Shown: in pieces, positions 13,743 to 26,561 of the stretch
Position numbering within the stretch: position 1 is the first letter of the stretch
How the letters are laid out: every line of letters starts with the position of its first letter
From: Octopus vulgaris
Taxonomy: Eukaryota
Assembly: GCA_951406725.2 (NCBI GenBank)
Contig: OX597817.1
Location: forward strand, 161,324,001-161,388,000
Direction: 5' to 3'
Length of the DNA: 64,000 nucleotides
The notes under the pieces: generated by a model
What the model was told of the DNA's origin: nothing
Database searches by the model: none
What the model saw: only the letters and a program-made list of their open reading frames with translations
Translations under genes and position numbers: made by a program

Positions 13743-14289
13743 TAGACAAACCGCTATCTAGTTATTCCATCAATAGTGAAAAGATATAATCTATAATAAC
13801 CACGTAGAAATTAATGAAATATCTGATAATTATTATTCTAAAAATCTCATAACAAATCAAACGTTAAATTGACTATGCACGTTTCATTACTAAATATATA
13901 AATCAATAATAGTAAAATTTAATTTTAAAAAAATTTTAAATTCAATATTAATTCAATTTTAAAATATTTAACCACTCTTCAGGTCAAAAAAATAACGTAA
14001 GTAAATTTAGATATTATAATAAAACAATAAATATATGTATATTTACAGTAAATAATTAATAAAATTTAACAATATTAATGTAAAGCAAAAACATGACTTA
14101 TCTTATTGATGAAAACCAGTTAAAAGAAATTTTAAACTTTAAACTTACAATCTAACATTGTCAGTTTAACGTTTGATTTGTTATGAGATTTTTAGAATAA
14201 TAATTACCAGATATTTAATTAATTTCTATGTGGTTATTATAGATTATATATTTTCACTATTGATGGAATATCTAGCTAGTGGTTTGTCT
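13743..14289. mobile_element. fold-back PLE-like relic, about 130-bp diverged inverted arms
   Basis: 13743-13873 vs 14160-14289 reverse-complementary; (TA)n flanks; HHR inside. Confidence 0.7.
13869..13987 (-). ncRNA. decayed hammerhead with a long AT-rich stem II
   Basis: minus strand: TTGAC-CTGAAGA-GTGG..(AT-rich)..TAAT-GAAA-CGTGCA-TA-GTCAA. Confidence 0.5.
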
Positions 14290-15430
14290 CTAAATTTGAT
14301 ATATATATATATATATCTGATGAGCCTCTCAGTCTCCATCTACCAAATTTACTCAGAAGGCTTGGGACTAAAGTAGAAGACAGTTGCCCAATATGCTGCC
14401 CTGTGGAACTGAACCTGAAACCATGTGGTTGGCATGTAAAAGCACCCACTACACTCTCAGAGTGGTTAGTGTTAGGAAGGGCATCCAGCTGTAGAAAGTC
14501 TGTCAGATCAGATTGGAGCCAGGTGCAGCCATCTGGTTTGCCAGTCCTCAGTCAAATTGTCCAGCCCATGATAGCATTGAAAGCAGACGTTAAACAATGA
14601 TGATGAAAATCTTATTATATCTTTATAATTAAAATATTTATTAGGAATTGTATTAAAAATTGTTAAAATATTTTGTGTAGTGTGGAAGTATAACCAATTT
14701 GTTGCTCATAGATTTTAACAACAAAATTTTATATGGACCTCCAAAGGTCACATGGACCCCGATTGAGAAACACTGATCTAAAATGCCTCTCTGTTTTAAG
14801 TTGGTGAGATGTGAATTTGGGAAATCGAGCATTGATGTAAAGGTTTCTCTTGTTTGTTATGGGTTAGTTAGTTAGTTCTTGTAGTCTGTTGGTGTTATGT
14901 TACCTATCAGGTAAACAAATCTGTAGACATATGGTGTGTGCATGTGTGTGTATGTTTGTAATGGATACAGTATCCTTGATGTGTAAGCCATAATGTAGGG
15001 TAGGGCATGTTTTTGCTGTTTATGGAAACAACAGCTGGTTTAGACTTGAAATATTTTTTCGTGACCCTCAAGTGGAAATTGAACCATTCTGATCCAATTT
15101 TTGCAACTTGGAGACAATGGGGTTCACAGCAAGCACTGGGTTCTCATCTATCCCTAGCTATATATTAGCTATAAAGAGTACACCACAAACTCAAATGTTA
15201 ATTACTCTTTCTTTGTTCCACACATGCATGCATGCACGCGCACACACACACACACTTCCATACAGTTCTCATTTGCAAAATCCACTCACAGGGCTTTGGT
15301 TGGTCCAGGACTATAGTAGAAGACACTTGCACAAAGTGGTACACAGTGAGACTGAACCTGGAATCGTGTGGTTGCCAATCAAACTTCTTAATCTCACGTG
15401 CATGCCTGCACCTGCAATACATATGTGTGT

Positions 15431-15461
<31 letters not shown>

Positions 15462-16651
15462 CTCTTGGAGTTGTTGGCATTAGGAAGGGCATCCAGCTGT
15501 AGAAACTCTGCCAGATCAGATTGGAGCCTGGTGCAGCCATCTGGTTCGCCAGTCCTCAGTCAAATCGTCCAAACCATGCCAGCATGGAAAGCGGATGTTA
15601 AACGATGATGGTGATGGTGATGATGATGATGATGGATTTCTCAAAAAATCATTGCGGTTCCTGTATGTAAAGTTGGGCCTCCCATAAACTTTGATGCCCT
15701 AAAAACATTTTCTCCTGAATATGTGCATTTAAAATTGGGTTGCTTGTAATGTACCTGTGTATCTTTCATACATCAAATACGATAATTATTTCATCCCAGA
15801 TCTGTGTAGATAATCAGTCAGACCAATTGCTCAGACATTCCAAGTTCGACCATTCCCTGGTTTTATTCCAACACTTTTATTCCAAAATTGTCTTGGACTA
15901 TTTTTATCCAAATCAGCGCTCCCTTTATTTTTTTGAAACATTGGAATGTAACTTAAGGGAAATTTGGTGGCTATGTCTAGCAGACCAAGTGATCATGTAG
16001 TGGCTCCCTGAATGGCTCTTTGAGTGTAGTGTGAGTATCCATGCTGATCCATTTATGCTTCTGCGGTAGAATACACACGCATGCACAAGCACAACGACTC
16101 ACATATACTCACGCACAGAAGTATGTACTCACATGCACACATACCAAAAACAGTAAGCTTCTAATTTTTAATGACAATTACCTATTGAAGCCCGGCCCAA
16201 GAGACTGAACATTTTAAGATCACTCAGCAAAAAGACTCTAGAGAGTTCCATAGCCATTTCCTCACCCATTCCCTCCACTACCACATTTACCCCTCTCCCT
16301 TACAACAGACGTATACATACTTATTATTATACATATAGATTGCAGATAGCTGAGGCGTGGCAGTACATAGGCAAGCGTTAGCTGACCATAAACTCTATAA
16401 CTGCTTGTTAGGGTTTCATCAAGCAGACAGCTTGTGGCTGATATCAAAGCTGAAATATCAAAGCGAGTCAACATTGTGTAACAGCTTTTCTGTGGGAGAG
16501 CTTCATTGGAAAAATATGTCAAGCTGGCATCTTTTGATTTCTATAGATTTGGCTTGGAATCTGCTGATAATGAACACGGGCTGGAGATCAATAAGATATG
16601 GTCGACTGTTTGCTGATTGGTAGACTATTGATTTTTAGGCAAGAAGCAAAG

Positions 16652-16685
<34 letters not shown>

Positions 16686-17146
16686 ACACCCATGCTTTGT
16701 TATTTCTGTATTGATATAATAGTGCAGCAGTCTGAATTTCTTTCACGTGTAGGTGATAATGTTTGTAACTGAATTTATAAACATGGCCAGAGAGGTGCAG
16801 TGTTTTGTTATTTCATCGAGTGGGACAGTTAGTATTAAAAAAACAAAAAAAAACAAATGTTTCATATCACAGGTGGTAATGGGTGGAAGTCGTTGTGTTT
16901 ACTCGTTATTGTGTGCTTCATGTTATTGCTATTGTTAAGAGTAGCCTCGTTCAGCCTTGCTCGGGCAGTCTTTTGAGATGGAGACATCCAATCAAATACT
17001 CAGCATTATCCCTCACACATCGAGTTTCGCTGTAGTTTGGAAGCACACCGCGTATTGCTTTATTCTATCGGACAATTGTTTGGGATGATGTGGTGTAGCT
17101 ACTAACTACAGGACATTGCTGTAACCCCTCAACAACTCAGTATACC

Positions 17147-17753
17147 TATTTCTTTACTGCCCACAAGGGGCTAAACACAGAGGGGACAAACAAGGACAGA
17201 CAAACAGATTAAGTCTATTATCTATTACATCGACCCAAGTGCATAACTGGTACTTAATTTATCGACCCCGAAAGGATGAAAGGCAAAGTCGACCTCAGCG
17301 GAATTTGAACTCAGAACGTAAAGACAAACGAAATATCTATTTCTTTACTTCCCACAAGGGGCTACAAACACAGGGGACAAACAAGGACAGACAAACAGAT
17401 TAAGTCTATTACATCGACCGCCAGTGCGTAACTGGTACTTAATTTATCGACCCCGAAAGGATGAAAGGCAAAGTCGACCTCGGCGGAATTTGAACTCAGA
17501 ACGTAACGGCAGACGAAATACCTATTTCTTTACTGCCCACAAGGGGCTAAACACAGAGGAGACAAACAAGGGCAGACAAACGGATTAAGTCTATTACATC
17601 GACCCCAGTGCATAACTGGTACTTAATTTATCGACCCCGAAAGGATGAAAGGCAAAGTCGACCTCGGTGGAATTTGAACTCAGAACGTAACGGCAGACGA
17701 AATACAGCTACACATTTCACCTGGTGTGCTAACGTTTCTGCCAGCTCGCCACC
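17147..17753 (-). mobile_element. SINE family B, head-to-tail trimer
   Basis: three units of about 187 bp with B-box GAGTTCAAATTCC and core GTCGACTTTGCCTTTCATCCTTTCGGGGTCGAT. Confidence 0.88.
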
Positions 17754-18831
17754 TTACAACTCAATATTCTATTAGGGATAAAACTAAACCTAAATCCTTT
17801 TTCATAATCTAAATCCTTTAAAAATGCTAATCCCTTCTTGCCTGGTCTGAATTCCTATGACAGTATTATTTGTTCTCCTTTTTCTATTTCCAATACAAAA
17901 ATGCATAAGACATATTGGCTACAGTTTGAAACCCAACTGACAGAATATAACAGTGAGGTATCAGTCAAATCCTGGGGATCGATATAATCGATTATACTGC
18001 CCCCCCACACTCACCCCACCCTCCCAAAAAAATATAAAATATTGAGACCTTTATGCTCATGTTAGAAATCAATACATTAGACTGAATGTGTTGTTGGTAG
18101 TGGTCGTGGTGGTGGAAGTAGTGTTTATGGTTGTGGTGGTGGTGGTGGAAGTAGTGTTTATGGTTGTAGTGGTGGTGGTGGTGGAGGTGGTGGTTGTCAT
18201 CATCGTCATTGTTTCGATGATATTTGTGGCTATTTTGGTCTGTTTGTTAATATGTGAGGAGATATTGGGGGAAAAACAATCTGCTACCAACTCTCCACAC
18301 AACACGTCCTCGTTATCCCACCGCACCACACCTGCCCAACGTGCCCTGACCACCACACAACACTCCCCCACTCAACACCCCCGCATATAACAAGTTCTCA
18401 CTGCTACACCTTATCATAGACAACTCGTCCTCACAACCACCCCACATGTCCTCATTATCACACTACAACATACACAGCATGTCTTAACTACTACACTACG
18501 CTATGCTCCACACAGCATGTCTTTACAACCACTCTACATCCTCACACATGTCCCGATCACACATACACACACACACACACCATACTACATCCCATACATT
18601 GTGTCTTCTCAACCATATTACATCTCACACACACGTTCTTTCTACGCACACACATCTCACCACACCGCTCACAACTACACTACGCCGTCCCCACATGTCT
18701 TCACAACTATGCTACGTCCCCTACACACAACGTGTCTTGTCTTTGCACATGTCCCTTACAACATTTTCTAATGGCCACACTATATCCTGACACATGTCTA
18801 GACTGTTACACACACACACACACACTCTCTC

Positions 18832-18879
<48 letters not shown>

Positions 18880-19730
18880 CCTCCCTCCCTAACTCATGCA
18901 CACCTCATTTGCATCATACTCTAAACTTCCACACTATACCTCCTCACAGAAGATCATCATCATTGTTTAACGTCCACTTTCCATGCTAGCATGGGTTGGA
19001 CGATTTGACTGAGGTCTGGCGAACCAGATGGCTGCACCAGACTTCAATCTGATCTGGCAGAGTTTCTACAGCTGGATGCCCTTCCTAACGCCAACCACTC
19101 TGAGAGTGTAGTGGGTGCTTTTACATCCATAGTATATTCTTCACCATCACATTGTACTCCACACAACGTTCTCAGTGCTACCCTATATCCCTGCCTAAGA
19201 GTCCTAAGAGCTACTCATTATACCCCTCACAAAATGTCCATGCTTTTTCTATGACTAGTCTACTACGATCCCAAGGCGAATGGCCTAGTGGTTAGGGTGT
19301 CGCACTAATGACCTTGAGATCAAGGTTTCAGTTCCTGGACCGAGTGGTGCATTGTATTCTTGATCTCACTTTGCTCTGCGACCACTTTGACACCTGACAT
19401 GTGGTACACTGTACACCTGTCCAGGCATTGTCAGTTTGATGGAGGGAGTGAGCTTAATGTACAGCACATACATTCGATCGCTAGGAACAAATCCTCTGTG
19501 CAGTTTGTTCAGCAAGAAATTGCAGAACCGTCTTTCTTGGACAGCGAGAGACTACCATCATCATTATCATTGCACTATAACCCAAATGGAATCTAGAAAT
19601 AAGTATATCAGTTGAACACTTTAGCATTCAGATTATTGTCAGGTGTATTGTCAGTGTGACAAGGCTGATTCTTTTTGCTATACAGGTACCACTCATTTTT
19701 TGCCAGCTGAGTGGAGCAGCGTGAAATAAA

Positions 19731-19912
19731 GTTAGTTAGTTAGTTAGTTAATTTTTTGGCTCAAAAAGCAAAAAGCAAGGCCATGTAGGGGGACATGGAG
19801 TTATGTACAGGGTGGTGTTCATGTAAAGAGTTCAGGCCACTTGTGGTCAAGGGTGACTTTGAACTGAGCGGTCGTCGGCATCTTCACTATCTCGTCCGGC
19901 AGCTTAATCCAC
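19731..19912 (-). mobile_element. CR1-like LINE 3' end with a (CTAA)n tail
   Basis: minus strand WIKLPDEIVKMPTTAQFKVTLDHKW; flanking GAAATAA duplication. Confidence 0.7.
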
Positions 19913-20091
19913 GAAATAAGTGTCTTGTTCAATGATATAGTGCACAGCCGAGAATCAAACACACGGCCTTACAATCGCGAACCGAATGCCCTAACCACTA
20001 AACCATGCACCTTCACATTCCAGTTTAAATGCTAAAGGATTAAAGGTCTGTTAGGGATAATTCTAAAATTTTCACTCTTCATACTGTATAT

Positions 20092-20123
<32 letters not shown>

Positions 20124-20609
20124 TGTGTACAGTGCTCAGGTGCACTACAACTCATCTAAAGTGTATATATAATCAGGTGTAGTTTCGGCGGATTTCGGAA
20201 AGCATGAGAGCCTTAAAGGATGCAGCGTCATGGCAGTCAACAACTGATGCAGGCAGTTTATTCCATGCTTCAGCAACTCTGAGCGTGAAAAAATGTTTCC
20301 GAAAGTCATACCCTGGATTTCCGACTGTACCTCTACTGCTTTACCATAGATCTATGTTTGTAAAATAGATCTCTCCACAGTGTCTTAGATCTATGTAGAG
20401 TACCAAACATTTGCCACTGCACTATAGTTCTACCTTCGCAAATGTATCACTCTACTATAGATGTATGCCTTTATTATAGATCTACCACAGTACCAAAGGT
20501 CTGCCAATGCAGTACTGTGTGTGTGTGTGTGTGTTTTCTTTGTTGTGAGTATTCTGTATTGCAATGTTTGAATGGGTTCATTTGTGTGCATGCTCTGTGT
20601 ATCGATTGA

Positions 20610-21063
20610 ATATGTAGTTGCTTGTGTGTGTTTGTGTGTATGGTTGTTTGTGTGTGTGTATGGGTGTTTGTGTGCATGTGTGTGTGTATTGTTGTTTGTG
20701 TGTGTGTGTGTGGGTGTTTGTGTGTGTGTGTGTAGTTGCTTGTGTGTGTGTGTGGTTGCTTGTGCGTGTGTGTGTGTGTGTGTATTGTTGTTTGTGTATG
20801 TGTGTGGGTGTTTGTGTGTGTGTGTGTGTGTAGTTGCTTGTGTGTGTGTGTGTGTTTACTTGTGTGTGTGTGTGTGTGTGTATTGTTGTTTGTGTATGTG
20901 TGTGGGTGTTGTGTGTGTGTGTGTGTGTAGTTGCTTGTGTGTGTGTGTGTGGTTGCTTGTGCGTGTGTGTGTGTGTGTGTATTGTTGTTTGTGTATGTGT
21001 GTGGTTGCTTGTGTGTATGTGTGTGGTTGCTTGTGTGTATTGTTGTTTGTGTGTGTGTATTGT

Positions 21064-21094
<31 letters not shown>

Positions 21095-21619
21095 TGTTGC
21101 TTGTGTGTGTGTGTGGTTGCTTGTGCGTGTGTGTGTGTGTGTGTGTTTGTTGTTTGTGTATGTGTATTGTTGCTTGTGTATGTGTGTGGTTGCTTGTGTG
21201 TATGTGTGTGGTTGCTTGTGTGTATTGTTGTTTGTGTGTGTGTATGGGTGTTTGTGTGCATGTGTGTGTATTTGTTGTTTGTGTGTGTGTGTGGGTGTTT
21301 GTGTGTGTGTGTGTAGTTGCTTGTGTGTGTGTGTGGTTGCTTGTGCGTGTGTGTGTGTGTGTGTATTGTTGTTTGTGTATGCATATTGTTGCTTGTGTAT
21401 GTGTGTGGTTGCTTGTGTGCATGTGTGTGTATTGTTGTTTGTGTGTGTGTGTATGGGTGTTTGTGTGCATGTGTGTGTATGTGTAGTTGCTTGTGTATGT
21501 GTATGGTTGCTTGTTTGTATATGTGTGTGGGGGTGTTTGTGTTCATGTGTGTGCGTGTGTGGTTGCTTGTGTGTGAATGTATTGTGTGTGGGTGTTTGTG
21601 AGCATGTGTGTGTAGTTGC

Positions 21620-21688
<69 letters not shown>

Positions 21689-21712
21689 TGTGTCTGTCTG
21701 TATGTGTGTGTG
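20610..21712. repeat. (TG)n-based complex satellite
   Basis: GTTGCTT / ATTGTTGTTT motifs interleaved with (TG)n. Confidence 0.92.
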
Positions 21713-21852
21713 TCTATGCTGCAGTCCAAAGACTGAAGGAAGATGAATGTGAGGAGTAGCAATATACCGACAGCTTTTTGCTGAGTCCCCACCCTCGCCA
21801 TACTGGTATGGTGAATGCAGTTAAAGTTCAGCTTGAGATTGACAGAGACATG

Positions 21853-21911
<59 letters not shown>

Positions 21912-22491
21912 AAATGGAAGTTAGAGGAGAGAGGACATAATTGTAGAAACTATTGACAGGGGACAAAAAAAATAATATACCCAAACAACCACAACAGTAG
22001 GAAACGTTTGATTGGGACAACAAACGAAGGTGAAGGTCACAGCCATAAATAGACGTTGATGAAGCAATTATCTCACTTGTCGCTCGAATGAGTGGGAGTT
22101 ACCTCCCTTCCCCTCTCTCTCCCATCCCCAGCAAAGCTGTCTCCCCCCCCTTCTCTCTCTCTCTCTTTTAATTCTCCAAGCTGTTGCATCAATTAACGAT
22201 TTTCTATTTATCAATGAAAACCTTGTAAGGGAGCTTCAACGTTGTCTCTTGACCTGCTAAAATCAGCCGTCAATTATCCATTAAATTTACACTCAACTGT
22301 TTTTAATAATGAATTGAATTAAAGACCGTAGCATGGATGTGTAGTTAAAAAGTTATCTTTGCAACCATGTAGTTTCTGGTTCAGTCCCACTGCATGGCAC
22401 CACCTTGGACGAATTTGTTTGGTAGAAACTGTGTAGAAGCCCTCTCTCTCTCTCTCTCTCTCTCTTATATATATATATATATATATTATAT

Positions 22492-22690
22492 TTTATTTTA
22501 TAGAGGAGCTTCTACAGGACTAGAACTGTTTAATTCAAAAGAAATCATCAGGAAGCCCTTCCTGATGATTTCTTTTGAATGAAACAGTTCTAGTCCTGTA
22601 GAAGCTCCTTCTATAAAATAAATTAATTTACTCTGCTATGTATTGAGTACCTTATTTACTGTGGTTAACCCCGACTCAACCCGGGACCTA
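22492..22690 (+). mobile_element. fold-back PLE-like relic (about 64-bp arms plus 3' tail) in (TA)n
   Basis: 22492-22555 vs 22558-22622 inverted; HHR in arm. Confidence 0.7.
22558..22604 (+). ncRNA. type I hammerhead ribozyme in a short fold-back PLE relic
   Basis: CTTC-CTGATGA-T TTC(TTTT)GAA T-GAAA-CAG(8 nt)CTG-TA-GAAG. Confidence 0.72.
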
Positions 22691-22729
22691 CATATATTTA
22701 TATATATATATATCTTTGTTTCAGTCTCT

Positions 22730-23050
22730 GAGACGCGTGCTTATAGTGATAAATTATCTGGTTATTGACAATTTAAGTCTATTTTCGGCATATTTGGCAT
22801 TGGAATTTTTTTCTTTTGCCTTTGTTTATAAATTTAACCTTTAAAGGTATTTTTTAATATGCTAGCCACTGATAGAATTTTTTCGAAAAAATTCTATCAG
22901 TGGCCAGCATATTAAAAAATACCTTTAAAGGTTAAATTTATAAACAATTTATAAACAACGGCAAAAGAAAAAAATTCCAATGCCAAATATGCCGAAAATA
23001 GAATTAAATCGTCAATAACCAGATAATTTATCACTATAAGCACGCGTCTC
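22730..23050. repeat. spacer-less palindrome, arms about 155 bp, centre 22884/22885
   Basis: GAGACGCGTG...TTTTTTCGAAAAAA...CACGCGTCTC; 11-bp duplication in the right arm. Confidence 0.9.
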
Positions 23051-23088
23051 GAAAGCAAGCAGACAGAAATTTCTAAAAAATTTCGTTA

Positions 23089-23150
23089 TTATCGGATCGG
23101 CCCCGATTTCTGAGTTAATTCATTTAGAATTTTCTCGTCATCAGCGATAA
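23089..23150 (-). ncRNA. type I hammerhead ribozyme
   Basis: minus strand: TTATCG-CTGATGA-CGAG..CTCA-GAAA-TCGG(GG)CCGA-TC-CGATAA. Confidence 0.75.
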
Positions 23151-23766
23151 ATACGATATGAAAATAAATTCTTATCGTATTTTATTGAAAGAAAAATGGT
23201 GAATTGATGACAGTGAACTTATTGGACATGGTGTTGAAAGGTGGGTTCAGTGCTGTCCAACACTTTATCCACTCAAAACAGATTCATACACTGGAAATTC
23301 TTGGATTCTTGGAACAGTTGCATGAACTTCCTGAGTTTAAGAAGTGGTCTTACTCAGTCACGGGTTGACTTCAACCATCACCACGTGTGTGTGTATTTAT
23401 GTGTATTTGTATTTGATGACTGGTGTTGTCTTGTTTACATCCCTGTAACTTAGCAATTCACCAAAAGAGACTAATAGAATAAGTAGCAAACAAAAAAGAA
23501 GTCCTAGGGTCAGTTGGTCTGACTAAATCCTTCAAGGTGGTGTCCCAGCAGGACTGAAGTCTGATGACTGAAACAAAAATTGTAAGATATTGGATTGTGA
23601 TCTCTTAGATAAACCATGTATGAAACAAAACTGTTTGGGATGGTCATGGCTGAAGCAGGGAGCACTTTTCTTTGTAGGTCTGCTCAGTCAGAACAGGCCT
23701 GGAGTTAAACAACTACAACAGTAGGCATAGGCATAGCTGTGTGGTAAGAAGTTTACTTCTTACATA

Positions 23767-24365
23767 GGTGGTGAGCTGGTAGAAATATTAGTATGCTAGG
23801 CGAAATGCTTAGCAGTATTTCGTCTGCCGCTACGTTCTGAGTTCAAATTCCGCCGAGGTCTACCTTGCCTTTCATCCTTTCTGGGTCGATTAAATAAGTA
23901 CCAGTTACACACTGGGGTCGATACAATCAACTTAATCCATTTGTCTGTCCTTGTTTGTCCTCTCTGTGTTTAGCCCCTTGTGGGTAGTAAAGAAATAGGT
24001 ATTTCATCTGCTGCTACGTTCTGAGTTCAAATTCTACCGAGGTCGACTTTGCCTTTCATCCTTTCTGGGTCGATTAAATAAATACCAGTTATGCACTGGG
24101 ATCAATATAATCGACTTAATCTGTTTGTCTGTGCTTGTTTGTCCTCTCTGTGTTTAGCCCCTTGTGGGTAGTAAAGAAATAGGTATTTCGTCTGCCGCTA
24201 CGTTCTGAATTCAAGTTCCGCTGAGGTCGACTTTGCCTTTCATCCTTTCAGGGTCAATTAAATAAGTACCAGTTACGCACTGAGGTCAATATAATCAACT
24301 TAATCCGTTTGTCTGTCCTTGTTTGTCTCCTCTGTGTGTAGCCCCTTGTGAGCAATAAAGAAATA
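23767..24365 (+). mobile_element. SINE family B trimer nested in a family A SINE
   Basis: three units; target duplication AAGTTTACTTCT on both sides; monomers at 41518-41749 and 60115-60346. Confidence 0.88.
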
Positions 24366-25015
24366 AGTTTACTTCTCAAGCACATGGTTCCAGGTTCAGT
24401 CCCACTGCATGATAACTTGTACAGTCTTGGGTTAATCAAAGCATTGTGAGTGGATTTGGTTGACTGAAACTGAAAGAATGTCTGTTTGTCTTTGTGTGTG
24501 TCCCTCACCACCACCTGATAACTGATGTTGGTTTTCTTTATACCCCTGTAACTTAGCAGTTCAGCACAAGAAGCCGATAGAATAAGTGTCAGGCTTCAAA
24601 AAACAGTTAGTATTGGAGTCGATTTGTTTGATTAAACCCCTCGAGATAATGCCGAGTACGACACAGTCCAATGGTTGAAACGTAGAATATAAGCGGGCTA
24701 ATTAGAAGAAATAAAGTTCCTCTCTGTTTCTGCTACCACCACCATTGCTCCACTGCCCATTAACCCTTTAACATTCAGATTAGTTTGTCAAATATAAAGC
24801 TGGTTTATTCACATTGGTTTGGATTAATCATGCATTATCTTGTAGCTTCGAGATTTCAGTGATGTGCCTTATCTACATTATTTACATTCGACGGATGTTT
24901 GTCCTCATCTTGTTTGTTGTTAACACGTTTCGGCTGATATACCCTCCAGCCTTCTTCTGGTGTCTTGGGGAAAATTTCGAACCTAGGTTCTCATTCCTAA
25001 GGTATTTTTCGATGC

Positions 25016-25049
<34 letters not shown>

Positions 25050-26561
25050 GTTACTGTATTCAGTGATGTGATTGTTTATTTTTACAATAACATTGTAGGG
25101 TTGAGATGAGAGACTGGATGTGGCCAATTTCAACATAAAACAGGTTAAATTAATTGGGCTGGATATAGCTGGTTTAAATGACTATAGTAGAAGACTCTTG
25201 CCCAAGGTGCCACGCAGTGGGACTGAACCTAGAACCATGTGGTTGGTAAGCAAGCTATCTACCACAGCCACTCCTGCGCCTGCTGGTAATTTCCAGTAGA
25301 ATGAAATCACCTGATAAGGGAATTCCAGCGCCCATGACAGTCGATTCTTGTCTGCTACGATCTATGTGTATGCTTTTATGCACCAAAAACTATATGAGAA
25401 GATCTCCCAAGGCTAATAATGCAGTGTTCGGTGTTCTAACAAGGCATCTATGATTAGTTGGAGATAAAGATGGCCTTTTTCCATCAATACTGTTTCCGTC
25501 CCTAATAATTTATATTTCTTATGTTTTTTTGTTGTGGTTTTTTTTTTGGGGGGGGGGGGGCACTTAAAAAAAAACAGTTGTGAATTTTATATAATTTTTT
25601 TGTCTAAACCTTTCAATGTGTTACTACAGTATGACTGTAGTCCAATATCTAAAATAAGTAAACGATGAAATTTTGTTGTGTATAGGGAGATATAATGTCC
25701 AGGAAAAATCAAATGATTTTAACAGATAATGGTATAATTTGACAGCTTCTTTCGAAATGGGTGGAAGAAAAAAGAAACGCAATCCTAACAGTATCCAGAC
25801 GCGTTGAAGGTTTAATTGATTTAATTGATTTAGATTTAACAGTAATTACAACACATCAGACAAAATATTTTTCTCTTGGTACGTAACAAGATAGTTTTTA
25901 AAATGTTACATGGTTTATAGAATATTAATTCAGGGAAGCAGAAAAGGCAGTGACCCAGTCACTCGATTTTCCACTTAAGTGTTTTGACAACACGAAGAAT
26001 AGAATTTAAGAAATCTCGGTTTCGTTTAAGTATTTCAGTTGTACTAAGGGGAAGTAACTACAATAATTGCGTTCACACTATATAAGTAGTGGTGAAGTTA
26101 TCTCCCTTAGACCATCTTTCAAATCCTGCGTCCATTGGAACATTCCAAGAATCGAATCCACTCGTTGGGAAATAGATGTAGTTAAGTGTAGAGTTGGAAA
26201 TAGTTTTTAAAAATCCTTGTATAAAAAATCAGTGGAGAATGTTCACAAAATAAAATTATGATTTAATACATTCAGATATTGGTTTTTTGTTTTTTTTTCT
26301 TCCGTGCTAGCACGAGTTAGACGAATATATTATTAAAAAAGTGTCTCTTACTGCCGAGCATCCTTCCTATTTCTCACTTTTATATCTGCTTTTAAATATG
26401 CAAAACCAGTGGAAGATTTATCGACAGGGAGAAATGACAATCACTCCCCGCTTATTGCTGAGTGATTTTCAAAAAGGGCAAATACGCAGTCATGTGCGTA
26501 CATACACGAATGTAACCAACATCTCGAATTTGTACCGTCATAACTTTCAGATGGTGTAGAA

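Noticed and set aside
20572-22023. Cys/Val and His/Thr ORFs up to 481 aa (also at 40483-41412 and 10979-11569)
   Set aside because: (TG)n/(CA)n repeat artefacts
23562-23575. CTGATGACTGAAAC, hammerhead-like
   Set aside because: Mutated 3' end of SINE A (CAAATGACTGAAACAAG); no room for stem II and no stems I or III
25303-25346. Possible decayed hammerhead (CTGATAA-GGG..CCC)
   Set aside because: Both core strands are altered and stems I and III are unconvincing
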